In this document: one piece after another, positions 39,460 through 49,481 of the stretch
Numbering within the stretch: the first letter of the stretch is position 1
Layout of the letters: every line of letters starts with the position of its first letter
Source of the DNA: Candidatus Woesebacteria bacterium
GTDB taxonomy: Bacteria; Patescibacteriota; Microgenomatia; UBA8517
DNA: 64,000 nt
Assembly: GCA_013426185.1 (NCBI GenBank)
Contig: CP058602.1
Location: 206,873 to 270,872, forward strand
Direction: 5' to 3'
Program-made: the position numbers and the translations under genes
The notes under the pieces: model-generated
The model's database searches: none
The model's input: the letters and a program-made list of their open reading frames with translations, nothing else
Told to the model about the DNA's origin: nothing

Positions 39460-41176
39460 CCGGGTGAATGCCGTAAAACAAAAACAAGTCTTTTGCGATA
39501 TTATACCAAAGGGGAGCTGCCGTTTCTGAGGCCCAAGGAGAAGAAGAAGGTTCTGACAAAACAACAAGCATCACAAACTTGGGATCATCATAAGGAGCAA
39601 AACCGATAAAAGAAGCCATCGTCTTTTCAGGATCATAATGACCAGCTATCGGAATTTGAGCTGTGCCAGTCTTGCCTGCAACTTTAAATCCTTTAAGATA
39701 TGTCCATTTTGACTCTCCGTTTTTGGCAGCCTCAACCATCATTGCCGTTATCTCAAGTGCTGCTTTTTCACTAATTACTCTTCCTTCAGTCTGAGTCTTG
39801 ATATCTTTATTAACTCCATCAATCAACACTTTATCTACCACAACCGGCTTAACCATTATTCCTCTATTGGCTATTGCTCCCACCGCTTTAACCAATTGAA
39901 TTGGTGTCACCGCTATACCCTGCCCAAACGAGGCCGTTGCCAAATCAACATCACTCCACTCATTCCTATTTCTTAAAGGAGGAGCAACCTCTCCTTGCAA
40001 ATCAATACCTGTTAATTTTCCAAAACCAAATCTATTTAAATAATCAAACATTTTTTCCTTATCCAATCTAAAGGCAACAAAAGACATTCCAACATTGTCA
40101 GAATTAACTATTACCTGAGTCATTGTCGAATTAGGATTATATTTATTATTCCAAGTATTAATGAAATACTTATCAATTTTCAGAGGACCACCGCAAATAT
40201 CACATTCTGTCTCAGGACGAACCACACCAGCATCAAGAGCGGAGGCCATAACAATCACTTTAAAGACTGATCCCGGTTCAAAAGAATTAGAAATAGCTGG
40301 GTTCTTAAAGACAGAGTTATCGTATTTAAAATAATAAAAGGGATCATAAGAAGGGAAAGAAGCCATCACTTTGATTGCTCCAGTTTTAGGTTCCATAACA
40401 ATAACAGTTCCTCCCTTAGCTCCATATTTTTCAATTCCTTCCTTGAGTTTTTGCTCTACCATTATCTGCAAGCCCTTATTAATATGTGTTTTTAAATCAA
40501 CACCTTCTTGTGCTCCTACTTCCCTCAACCAATCCGAAAAGACAATCCCCCCCAAAGCATCTTTTTGCCTCAAGATATAACCTTTCCTACCTGATAATAT
40601 GGAATCGTAATAACCTTCAATCCCAAAATATCCCTTATCCAAACCATTTTCATCTTTGCCAACAAAACCTAAAATGTGAGCAGAGCTTGAAGCCTCAGGG
40701 TAGACTCTTAAATCCTGCTCTTCAAAACCAATGCCTGAAATATTCATCGCTTCAATATTTTTCTTAGTCTCGCTGTCAATTCTTGATGCCAAGGCAACCC
40801 AATTAATGTCCTTATTTGATAATAAATTCACTATCTTCTGTTTCAGTTCAGACAAAAAATTGCCTTTACTTTCCCCTTCATTCTCCTTCGAAACCAAAAA
40901 TGGAACCAAAGAAGAAGCTATCTTTTCAAAACTCTCTTTGACTTCAGGTTTATAAGCATAAACTAACCACCCTTCGGTAGTTCCAGCTAGGTAAGAACCA
41001 TCGTCTGCTAAAATCTGGCCTCGAGGAGCTGAAACTTCAGTTTGGTGCTGATATTGGCCTTTAGCTCTTTCTTGTAAATCACGAGCTTTAATAACCTGCC
41101 AAAAGAAAAGTCTTAAAATAATTGCCAAAAATGAAAGCCAAAAGAAGATACTAATGATTCGTATGCGCGAATCCAT
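39449..41176 (-). CDS. ftsI: Class B penicillin-binding protein (FtsI/PBP3)
   Basis: PGSVFK (SxxK), SDN, KTGTAQ; N-terminal TM. Confidence 0.93.
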   Translation of the reverse strand: MDSRIRIISIFFWLSFLAIILRLFFWQVIKARDLQERAKGQYQHQTEVSAPRGQILADDGSYLAGTTEGWLVYAYKPEVKESFEKIASSLVPFLVSKENEGESKGNFLSELKQKIVNLLSNKDINWVALASRIDSETKKNIEAMNISGIGFEEQDLRVYPEASSSAHILGFVGKDENGLDKGYFGIEGYYDSILSGRKGYILRQKDALGGIVFSDWLREVGAQEGVDLKTHINKGLQIMVEQKLKEGIEKYGAKGGTVIVMEPKTGAIKVMASFPSYDPFYYFKYDNSVFKNPAISNSFEPGSVFKVIVMASALDAGVVRPETECDICGGPLKIDKYFINTWNNKYNPNSTMTQVIVNSDNVGMSFVAFRLDKEKMFDYLNRFGFGKLTGIDLQGEVAPPLRNRNEWSDVDLATASFGQGIAVTPIQLVKAVGAIANRGIMVKPVVVDKVLIDGVNKDIKTQTEGRVISEKAALEITAMMVEAAKNGESKWTYLKGFKVAGKTGTAQIPIAGHYDPEKTMASFIGFAPYDDPKFVMLVVLSEPSSSPWASETAAPLWYNIAKDLFLFYGIHPDDK

Positions 41177-41181
41177 AGTAA

Positions 41182-41520
41182 TTAAGGGAGTTTAGCTACT
41201 GCTTTCTCACCTTCAAGGTAAACAATGTTATCTAATTTATAAAAACCTCTCTCCTCTGCTTTTTTAGCTAGTTCAAGCAACGAATCTCCTTTAACAAGCT
41301 TGTCTTCTAGCTCTTTTTTCTCCAAAACTAATTTTTTCTCTTCTAAATTAAGAGAGGCCATTCTAGAACTCGCTAAGGCAATTTGAACAGCAAAAAGAAC
41401 GCTTCCAACAATAGACACCAAGAAAACTATGGCCAAAGCAAATCTTAATCCAAATACACCAATAGTCAATTTTCCTTTATTAAAATTTCTTCTTTGCGGA
41501 TGTCTTTTAAAATTAATCAT
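41182..41520 (-). CDS. FtsL-like protein
   Basis: TM followed by a leucine coiled coil; located between rsmH and ftsI. Confidence 0.65.
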   Translation of the reverse strand: MINFKRHPQRRNFNKGKLTIGVFGLRFALAIVFLVSIVGSVLFAVQIALASSRMASLNLEEKKLVLEKKELEDKLVKGDSLLELAKKAEERGFYKLDNIVYLEGEKAVAKLP

Positions 41521-42428
41521 ATTTTCTCAATAACTCTTAACCTTGCACTCCTTGAGCGAGGATTTGCTAATATCTCATCCTCAAAAGGTGCGATCGGTTT
41601 CCTAGTTAATAAATTACCAAGACCCCTGTCTCTTAAACTTTCAAAAAAATCCTTAACAATCTTATCTTCACCAGAATGAAAACTAATTACAGATAGCCTC
41701 CCTCCCTTCTTAAGAAGAGAAAAAGAATCGGGCAAGGCTGATTTAAGATTTTCAAGCTCACTGTTAACTGCCATCCTCAAAGCCAAGAAAACTTTGGTTG
41801 CAGGGTGTAATTTTCCCTTTTTTAAACTAAGCTTATCTATCAATTCCAAAAGATCTTTTACCTTTTCAAAGCTTTTCTTCTTCCTAGTCTCGGTCACCAA
41901 TCTTGCAATTCTCCTTGATAGATTCTCATTTAGGACCACTTCAAAAAGACTTGTCAGCTGACTTTCGCTTAGAGTATTGAGTAAATCAGACGCTTTAATC
42001 TCACTAATCTCTCTCTCAAGCCTCATATCAAGCAGGCTTTCAGGATACCTAAAAGAAATGCCATAAGAAGGAGAATCAAGTTGAAAACTTGAAACACCCA
42101 AGTCAAAAATAATTGCGTCAACTTCTACAAAATTTTCCTTCTCAGCGATGTCTTTAATATCTCTAAAATTTCCCTGAACAAGCCTAAAGCTTAATCTACT
42201 TCCACAAAAGCCAGATACCACTTTTTCTGCTTCTTTTATGGTCTTAGGGTCAATCTCAATACCCAAAATATCCAAATTCAACTCAGTCATCAGCCTCTCA
42301 TAACCTCCAAGACCAAAAGTTGCATCTATCAGCTTGCCTCGTAATTTTGAATGTGCGAAACGAGAAAGGTTTAATAAATCAATTAGCCTTTCTGCTAAAA
42401 CCGGTTTATGTAAAACCTCTTCTTTCAT
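41517..42428 (-). CDS. rsmH: 16S rRNA m4C1402 methyltransferase
   Basis: HKPVL, DATFGLGG, DLGVSS, ISFHSGED, NPRSRSARLR. Confidence 0.96.
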   Translation of the reverse strand: MKEEVLHKPVLAERLIDLLNLSRFAHSKLRGKLIDATFGLGGYERLMTELNLDILGIEIDPKTIKEAEKVVSGFCGSRLSFRLVQGNFRDIKDIAEKENFVEVDAIIFDLGVSSFQLDSPSYGISFRYPESLLDMRLEREISEIKASDLLNTLSESQLTSLFEVVLNENLSRRIARLVTETRKKKSFEKVKDLLELIDKLSLKKGKLHPATKVFLALRMAVNSELENLKSALPDSFSLLKKGGRLSVISFHSGEDKIVKDFFESLRDRGLGNLLTRKPIAPFEDEILANPRSRSARLRVIEKI

Positions 42429-42865
42429 TTTCTTTGTCTTGCGATTGCCTCAAGCATTTTTTCTGACTCCGCTTTAATCTTTGCTTCCTCACTCTCCCAA
42501 ATTAACTTATTCCAAAGCTCAATTCGATCTCCTAAACCTATAAAAACTACTTCATCACCAGGTTTAATTCCTGAAACATCTCTTAAAAATAAAGGCAAGA
42601 CAAATCTTCCCTGTTCATCAAGATCTATTTCACTTGCACTTGAGAAAATAAACCTCTCAGTTGACCTGATTGGTTTGGTCAAGACATCGGTCTTTCGTGC
42701 AAGTCTTGACATAAAAGCTTCCCAACCAGCTCTGCCAACAATCACAAGACATCCTTCATACCAACGTGCGATAAAAATTTTGTCCGTTGTTTCCTGACGA
42801 AATCTTGCTGGCAAAGCCAGTCTCCCTTTCTCGGAAACTTGAGAATAGTATCTTCCTAGAAGCAT
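42425..42865 (-). CDS. mraZ: Transcriptional regulator MraZ
   Basis: KGRLALP and DEQGRFVLP repeats, IELW. Confidence 0.95.
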   Translation of the reverse strand: MLLGRYYSQVSEKGRLALPARFRQETTDKIFIARWYEGCLVIVGRAGWEAFMSRLARKTDVLTKPIRSTERFIFSSASEIDLDEQGRFVLPLFLRDVSGIKPGDEVVFIGLGDRIELWNKLIWESEEAKIKAESEKMLEAIARQRK

Positions 42866-42917
42866 CTTCTTTTTTTGTTATTTGGGCAGGCATTTTCATT
42901 TGTTTAAAGCTAAATAT

Positions 42918-42972
42918 TCACCACTTTAAACCACTTTAAACCATTTTCACATCTTTTCACAGACTTGTCAAG
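42918..42972 (-). promoter_or_regulatory. dcw promoter with MraZ boxes
   Basis: Minus strand TTGACA-17-GAAAAT followed by ATGG/GTGG/GTGG at 10-bp spacing (plus strand ccactttaaa ccactttaaa ccat, 42921-42944), the known MraZ operator spacing. Confidence 0.8.
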
Positions 42973-43022
42973 AGTCAATTGAGGAGACTTTTCTTAGAAT
43001 AACTTTAAGAAAAGAAAAACAA

Positions 43023-43781
43023 TTAAGAAGAGCTCTTTTGAGAAGCAAAAATTCCAATATTCGAAGCTTTCCCTTCATCAATCTTGAGCCAAGAATCACC
43101 TTCCAAATAATAGACAGAGTCTCCTTCCAAAATTACCTTACCAGAGAATTTCTTATCCAAAGAAGCAAAAACACCATAAGGACCGGAAGCAAGGGGAAAT
43201 TGAGGCTTTATCTTAACACCAAAAGTTTCCATAACTACAAAAAAAGCACCTTTGGGCATTTCATCCAAAACATATTTAAACTTTGAATCAAAAGAGGTCA
43301 ATTCACGAGTATCAGAAAGGAGAGCAAAATCGGTTGATAATTTGCCAACAAGCTTTCCCTTATCATCCCTAAACTTTAGGGTCAAAGTCCCATTTTTTAC
43401 TCCTTCATCGAAGCGGTATTTACCAGACGACTCGGAACCCAAAAGTATATCCCTCTCAAAATTTGACTCTGTCAATTTAACCGTTCCAGGCACTCCTTGG
43501 GTTCTGCCATCCGGCAATTGATAAAGAATCTCATAATCTAAAGAAGCTGCTTGAACTTTAATATCCTCTACTTTCAGCTTAAGCCAATGACCATCTTTAC
43601 TGGGAATAAGCGAGGTAAAAGGCCTTTTATCAAAAGGTATTTCAGGCACATTTTCTTCTTGGTCTGATGGCACTTCTTCCTTAACTGAGGCTCTCTTTTT
43701 GACAGTAACTATTGCAAACAGAAGAACTAAAAAACCAATCACTAAAACTAAAAACGGCAGGTACTTTTTAAGCTTTTCCAT
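43023..43781 (-). CDS. Hypothetical membrane-anchored protein
   Basis: N-terminal TM, beta-rich soluble domain (LLGSESSGKYRFD). Confidence 0.75.
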   Translation of the reverse strand: MEKLKKYLPFLVLVIGFLVLLFAIVTVKKRASVKEEVPSDQEENVPEIPFDKRPFTSLIPSKDGHWLKLKVEDIKVQAASLDYEILYQLPDGRTQGVPGTVKLTESNFERDILLGSESSGKYRFDEGVKNGTLTLKFRDDKGKLVGKLSTDFALLSDTRELTSFDSKFKYVLDEMPKGAFFVVMETFGVKIKPQFPLASGPYGVFASLDKKFSGKVILEGDSVYYLEGDSWLKIDEGKASNIGIFASQKSSS

Positions 43782-43783
43782 AC

Positions 43784-45067
43784 TTAACTTATTCTATTTA
43801 ATATGTAATCTTTCAAATTGTCAACTAAAACTCTTTCTTGAGCCATCGTATCCCTGTCTCTAACAGTTACGGTTTTATCCTTAAGGCTGTCAAAGTCAAC
43901 CGTAACACACCACGGTGTACCTATTTCATCTTGAGTAAAATAGCGCTTGCCTATATTGCCACGGTCATCAAAAACTGCAGGGAAAGCCACAAGTAAGTCC
44001 TTATAGATAGAATAAGCCATATCAACAAGATCTTCTTTGTTTGCCAAAAGAGGAAATACAGCCACTTTGTAAGGAGCAAGCTTGGGATCAAGTTTAAGAT
44101 AAACCCTTTTTTCATCCTTTTTGTAAGATTCAAGCAAAATCACAAGCAAAGTTCTATTTGCTCCAAATGTTGGTTCAACCACATGAGGATAAAAAGGCTC
44201 ACCATCTGGAGGATAATACTTTAAATCAACACCAGACTTCTCGCTGTGATTTCTCAAATCATAGTCTCCACGATAAGCAAGTCCATATAATTCACTTCTA
44301 CCAAAAGGAAATTCATACTCAATATCCTCAGTTCTTTTAGAATAATGGGCTCTTTCTTTTTCTGAGTGTTCTCGCCAGCTCAATTTTTTCTTATCAACAC
44401 CAAGGTCAATTAACCAACTCCACATTTCCTCCTTCCAAACCTCAAAGGCCTTTTCCCAGACTTTTTCCTCTACAAAATACTCAATCTCCATCATATCAAA
44501 CTCCAAAGTCCTGAAGATAAAATTACCAAGAGTTATTTCATTTCTAAAACCTTTGCCAATTTGCGCCAGACCAAAAGGAAGCTTGGGATGGATACTATCA
44601 AGGATATTCTTAAAATTAACAAACATACCTTGAGCTGTCTCAGGACGCAAAAAAATTTCAGCACCTTTGTCTTCTGTTGCTCCAACATGAGTTTTGAACA
44701 TCCCCTGAAACATTTTAGGCTCGGTTAATTTTCCACCACATTCAGGGCACCTTTCTTTATCCTTCAGGTGATCAGCGCGAAAACGTTTATGGCACGAAAG
44801 ACATTCAACTAAAGGGTCTGTAAAATTTTCAACATGGCCTGAAGCTTCCCAAACCCTTCGGTTCATTAAAATACTGGTATTAACTCCATAGATGTCAGGT
44901 CTTTTCAAAACAAATCTCTTCCACCAAAGGTCCTGAATATTTCTCATCAACTCAACCCCCAAAGGTCCATAATCATAGGTATTAGCCAAACCACCATAAA
45001 TCTCGCTCCCGGGATATATAAAACCTCTCCTTTTGGTAAGTGAAACTACATCTTCAAGTAAGCCCAT
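43784..45067 (-). CDS. glyQS: Glycyl-tRNA synthetase, alpha2 (eukaryote-like) type
   Basis: YDYGPLG, LRPETAQG, FRNEIT, VVEPTFG, DEIGTP; ATG 45067 lies 6 nt after TATACT. Confidence 0.96.
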   Translation of the reverse strand: MGLLEDVVSLTKRRGFIYPGSEIYGGLANTYDYGPLGVELMRNIQDLWWKRFVLKRPDIYGVNTSILMNRRVWEASGHVENFTDPLVECLSCHKRFRADHLKDKERCPECGGKLTEPKMFQGMFKTHVGATEDKGAEIFLRPETAQGMFVNFKNILDSIHPKLPFGLAQIGKGFRNEITLGNFIFRTLEFDMMEIEYFVEEKVWEKAFEVWKEEMWSWLIDLGVDKKKLSWREHSEKERAHYSKRTEDIEYEFPFGRSELYGLAYRGDYDLRNHSEKSGVDLKYYPPDGEPFYPHVVEPTFGANRTLLVILLESYKKDEKRVYLKLDPKLAPYKVAVFPLLANKEDLVDMAYSIYKDLLVAFPAVFDDRGNIGKRYFTQDEIGTPWCVTVDFDSLKDKTVTVRDRDTMAQERVLVDNLKDYILNRIS

Positions 45068-45092
45068 AATCAAAGTATACAACAAAAAGGTG

Positions 45093-45638
45093 CTAAGATA
45101 AAATCTTAAGTCCTACTCTTTTGGAATTAATTTTCTTCTCCAAAATTCTTTCTAAAACTAAATCAAAATTTTCCAACTTTTTACTTTTTGGCCAAAAACC
45201 AAGGGTACTCAAAAGCTCAAACAAAAACTCCTGTCTTAGAATACTTAAATCTCTCCTCATCTCAAGATCTTCAAAATAAGAAAGTGCAAGATCAAAAACT
45301 TTTCTATTTTCCTCACCTTCCGCCAAGATTTTTAAAAGCACTTCTGAAAAATAGTAAGCCAAGCTAATTTTCTTCAAGTTTTTGCGGATCTTGTCAAATG
45401 ACCTAACCACCTCAACCTCAATTATCAAATCTAAATTCTTGCCTCTTAAAGCTTCAAATTTGACCAAATTAAAAAGTTCAAGCGATCCTCTTTTTCTACT
45501 TTTAGTTCTTCTAACCCCTTTGGCTATAAAAGGCAACTTACCGTAATCTTGAGTCAAGATAAAAAATATTCTATCAGCCTCTCCATAGTCAACTTTTGCC
45601 AAGACCAAACCCAAAGAAGAAAGAGAACGTTTTTTCAT
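45093..45638 (-). CDS. recO: DNA repair protein RecO
   Basis: YGEADRI..LT...GK...AKGVRR. Confidence 0.92.
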   Translation of the reverse strand: MKKRSLSSLGLVLAKVDYGEADRIFFILTQDYGKLPFIAKGVRRTKSRKRGSLELFNLVKFEALRGKNLDLIIEVEVVRSFDKIRKNLKKISLAYYFSEVLLKILAEGEENRKVFDLALSYFEDLEMRRDLSILRQEFLFELLSTLGFWPKSKKLENFDLVLERILEKKINSKRVGLKILS

Positions 45639-45642
45639 TCAA

Positions 45643-47628
45643 CTAAAAGCTGATACTAGTATCTTTGTTCAAATAAAACTCTTTATTTTTCTTGCCAAAA
45701 GTGAGGGTATATAAAGGAGCATCTTTACCAGGCTGTTTTTGAATCAAAAGATTATATTTACCATCAAGCTTAAAAGGCAAACGGTATTTGACTTCAACCC
45801 TAGCAATACCTTGCGGTCTAAGCTCAAAAAAACCAGCAAATACTGTTTTACCAGCCTCATCATAGGGATCAGCCATGTCTTTTAAGCCATCAAGAGATAA
45901 AAGCTGGCTACCCTGGGGGACATAAATTCTTACCCAATTCGGTAAAACCGAATTCAACCAACCATCATGTTTTTCCGAATTTTTATAGGTAATTACAAGC
46001 TTCTTTTCCAGGTATCCATCCTTGTCAACTAATATTTCTTGACTTACTTCCTGAGTTACATAAAGATTTGACTTTCTCCCGCCCAAATTAGCATCGTTGA
46101 TATACAAGTAGTCTCCTTTTGATTCAATAAATCTCCCTGTAATACCAAATTTATCAGCAGCTTCTTGAACTTTATTGTCTTTAAAATAAACCAGGATGTG
46201 CTTTTCCTCAAGAGATTTAAGAAAGACAGAAACAAGCTCAGACATTTTACTCGCTGGCTGGCCTAAAGAATAAGCAGCAATAGAATTCATCAAAGGACCA
46301 ATCATTTTCTTGCGATTAAGCCAGTTTGGAGGAGCGTAAATAATCTTTCCATTACCACTCGGGTCCCAAACAATCGGACCTTCAACATCAGCTAAGCTCT
46401 CAAGCTCATAAATTACCTGAGGACAATTACACTCAGGAGTAATTTGATCACTAAAAGTGCCATAACCTGCCACCTGAATAGGCCCAAGAACTTGAAGGAG
46501 ATTTACCAAGAATTGAGTGTCAACAGCAATTACACCATCAATATCTTTAACACCCACCTTTTCTATCTCGCTAGTAAAAATCTTCATAGATTCATAAAAA
46601 TCAGGCGACCAATTTAAATCTCTCAATCTAAATTTATTTGAGATTGCATAAGGCCCTTTTAGATATCTAATTATAGGATCAGGAGCTACTATTGACGGTC
46701 TGTATCTTGAATCCAGATTGTAAATATCATCGGAAGAAACCGGATTAAAAGTTGCTTTATCTACTTTTGTTATCGCATAAGCAGTCATAAAACCTCCAGT
46801 AGGCCTTAACTCCTTATCGTTCTGAAAAAGCAAAAGATAATTACGAGGTGAATTTATACCCAAAATATAAGGCAGCTGCTGCAACAAAGGCTCACTTTCT
46901 TCAACTGCCGAAATCGCACGATCTGCTTCTTCGAACAAAGACTCTATCCTTGACCTTACCTCACTTTTTCCAAAACGAACAGGATAACGCTTGGGGTTAA
47001 TTTGATTGATCTCTCCTCGTACTAAAGACAACTTTTGAACAATAGGTCCTGTTTTTGGTAAAACCTCAGGTAAAGCTTTTGTAACAAAAGCTATCTTATC
47101 AACAGTAGCCCCAGATTCCTTCGTTAAGGAAGAGCCAGTGAAACCCAAAAGATCAAGATGGGGACCAAGAGCTTTAATACCATCATCCAAAGCCTGAAAT
47201 GAATATTCACCAGCATTAAGCAAATGTCCAAAATCAGAAGTATAACCACCCAAAAAAGGAATGAATTTTGTCCATTTAACCAAATTGTAAGCACCCTTAA
47301 GCTCCGACAAACTTCCTTGAGAATTATGCAAAGAATAATTAATTTTATCCAAATCTTTGATAGCAAGAGAAACTTTAAGTTCTTTAAGACTAATGTAGAA
47401 AGACTTTGTCTTAAGATAAACATTTAAAAACAATAAGAAATTAATAACAAATAGTAAAAACATAATGAAAAGAGTTATCAAAAATTTCTTTCTTCTCTGC
47501 CAAAATCCTTTTTCTTTTAGGTTGGACTCTTTTAATTGAATGTCGCCCGCATTGCTCCCTTGAATTACCTTGCTATTAGAAAATGGGGTTGTATTTAGAT
47601 TTATCTGGGGGATAAGTGTTTCAACCAT
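45643..47628 (-). CDS. DUF4012-domain membrane-anchored protein
   Basis: YLLLFQN..ELRPTGGF, RDLNWSPDF, DGVIAVD, RIYVP, QKQPG. Confidence 0.85.
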   Translation of the reverse strand: MVETLIPQINLNTTPFSNSKVIQGSNAGDIQLKESNLKEKGFWQRRKKFLITLFIMFLLFVINFLLFLNVYLKTKSFYISLKELKVSLAIKDLDKINYSLHNSQGSLSELKGAYNLVKWTKFIPFLGGYTSDFGHLLNAGEYSFQALDDGIKALGPHLDLLGFTGSSLTKESGATVDKIAFVTKALPEVLPKTGPIVQKLSLVRGEINQINPKRYPVRFGKSEVRSRIESLFEEADRAISAVEESEPLLQQLPYILGINSPRNYLLLFQNDKELRPTGGFMTAYAITKVDKATFNPVSSDDIYNLDSRYRPSIVAPDPIIRYLKGPYAISNKFRLRDLNWSPDFYESMKIFTSEIEKVGVKDIDGVIAVDTQFLVNLLQVLGPIQVAGYGTFSDQITPECNCPQVIYELESLADVEGPIVWDPSGNGKIIYAPPNWLNRKKMIGPLMNSIAAYSLGQPASKMSELVSVFLKSLEEKHILVYFKDNKVQEAADKFGITGRFIESKGDYLYINDANLGGRKSNLYVTQEVSQEILVDKDGYLEKKLVITYKNSEKHDGWLNSVLPNWVRIYVPQGSQLLSLDGLKDMADPYDEAGKTVFAGFFELRPQGIARVEVKYRLPFKLDGKYNLLIQKQPGKDAPLYTLTFGKKNKEFYLNKDTSISF

Positions 47629-47668
47629 AAATTAAGAATAAACTATTAAACAGTAAATAATCAAGAAG

Positions 47669-48334
47669 TCAAACAGCACCCTTGCCACTAATCATTACAA
47701 AAGGAGTCTTGAGGATAATAAGAAAATCAAGCCACAAAGATTTTTTTTGGGCATAATAAGCATCCATTTGAATCCGCTTTTCAAAATCAACCTCACTTCG
47801 TCCGTTTACCTGCCAATAACCTGTGATACCAGGTTTTGCTTCCAGCATCTGCTTTACCAAATCCTTAGTATGCGGATACTTCTTTTGCTGCTCTTCGAGT
47901 TCATCTGGGTAATAAGCCCTTGGCCCAACCAAACTCATATCACCTTTCAAGACATTAAAAAGTTGAGGCATCTCATCAATTGAATGCTTTCTAATAAATT
48001 TTCCTATCCTAGTAACTCTGGGGTCATCGTGAAGTTTGTAACCAGAATTTTTATAAACTTCATACAATTTTTTATACTTTGGGTCCGTTTTCATTAATTG
48101 ATGTGCATTAACAAACATTGATCTAAATTTATAAATTCTAAAGAGTTTCCCTCTTCTGCCAACTCTTTTTGGAATATCAGCTAGAATAGGACCAGGGGAA
48201 GTAATTTTTATCAGCACCGCAGTTACTAACATTATTGGAGAAAATATTATTAAAAGAAAAATAGCAAAGAATATATCTATAAGCCTCTTTGCTAGATAGT
48301 AAAAACTATCGTCTTTTTTACTTAAAGATACCAT
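47669..48334 (-). CDS. Priming polyprenyl-phosphate sugar phosphotransferase (WcaJ/WbaP family)
   Basis: KRLID, YKFRSM, DPRVT, DEMPQLFNVLKGDMSLVGPR, KPGITG. Confidence 0.95.
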   Translation of the reverse strand: MVSLSKKDDSFYYLAKRLIDIFFAIFLLIIFSPIMLVTAVLIKITSPGPILADIPKRVGRRGKLFRIYKFRSMFVNAHQLMKTDPKYKKLYEVYKNSGYKLHDDPRVTRIGKFIRKHSIDEMPQLFNVLKGDMSLVGPRAYYPDELEEQQKKYPHTKDLVKQMLEAKPGITGYWQVNGRSEVDFEKRIQMDAYYAQKKSLWLDFLIILKTPFVMISGKGAV

Positions 48335-48371
48335 AAGGCAGGTAAATTTATACCAGTTTTAAAGAAAAAAA

Positions 48372-49481
48372 TCAAAGCACCTTGTTTTTACCTCTTTTTT
48401 TTAACTCTTCAACAATTTTCTTTACATTTTGAGCTTTACTCTTAGCACATACCAAAAGAGCCTTGGGAGTATCAACAATAACAATGTTATCAACATCAAC
48501 AATAGCAATAAGCCTTCCATCCGTGTGAATCAGAGCATCAGAGGTGTCAATATTAATCACTTCCCCACCATCTTCATCTCCATCTATAATCACATTACCA
48601 AAAGCATCCTTACGACTATTTTCCCAAACTTCTTTCCAATCCCCTATATCTGTCCAGTAAAAATCGGCCTGAATAACAGCAAAATTACGGTCCCGCTCGG
48701 CAACTGCATAATCAATAGAAATTTTAGGCATAGTTTCGTAAATCTCTTTTAAGGCCTGTCTTTCTTTTGAAGTTCCCAAATATTCCCCGATACTGTTCAA
48801 ACTCTTAGCAATTTGAGGTTCATATTTATTTAGAGAAGACAAAAGGCTATCTGCTCTCCAAACAAATTGCCCAGCATTCCAAAGGTAATTTTTTGAAGCA
48901 ACATATTTTTCAGCAAGCTCAAGAGGAGGTTTTTCGGTAAACTTCTTGAGCTTGAAAAATTTTACTCCATTAACTAAGGCCAATTTCTCGCCTTTTTTAA
49001 TATAACCATAACCGGTATGAGGATAGGTAGGTTTAATTCCAACACTAACCATTTTCTTAGTTTCAAAAGCATAACTTGCTGCTGCCCTCAAGGTTTTCAA
49101 ATAAAGATTAAGAGGTTTGACCAAACGATCAGCAGCTTCGGTTATTATTACCGCTTCTGGATCCTTTTTATAGATATAAAGAGCCCCCAACCCATGAGCA
49201 GGAGCTGTTTCCCTTCTTGCCGGTTCGACTATAACATTTTCAGGCAAAAATTCCTTCACTTGCTTTAAAATCTCCTTCTTATAATCATCAGAGACAGTAA
49301 CGCAAAACATTTTTTCCCAGCTCGTTAATTTGCTTAGTCTATAGGCAGTTGTCTGAAACAAAGTCTTCTTGCCAAATAAGCGCAAAAATTGTTTTGGAGT
49401 TTTTTCAACAGATTTGGGCCAAAGACGAGTTCCCCCTCCCCCAGCAAGAATTAATGTATAAAGATGGTTGCTAAAATTCAT
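48372..49481 (-). CDS. manC: Mannose-1-phosphate guanylyltransferase
   Basis: ILAGGGGTRLWP, PKQF, GYGYI, FTEKP, SIDYAV, WTDIG. Confidence 0.93.
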   Translation of the reverse strand: MNFSNHLYTLILAGGGGTRLWPKSVEKTPKQFLRLFGKKTLFQTTAYRLSKLTSWEKMFCVTVSDDYKKEILKQVKEFLPENVIVEPARRETAPAHGLGALYIYKKDPEAVIITEAADRLVKPLNLYLKTLRAAASYAFETKKMVSVGIKPTYPHTGYGYIKKGEKLALVNGVKFFKLKKFTEKPPLELAEKYVASKNYLWNAGQFVWRADSLLSSLNKYEPQIAKSLNSIGEYLGTSKERQALKEIYETMPKISIDYAVAERDRNFAVIQADFYWTDIGDWKEVWENSRKDAFGNVIIDGDEDGGEVINIDTSDALIHTDGRLIAIVDVDNIVIVDTPKALLVCAKSKAQNVKKIVEELKKRGKNKVL

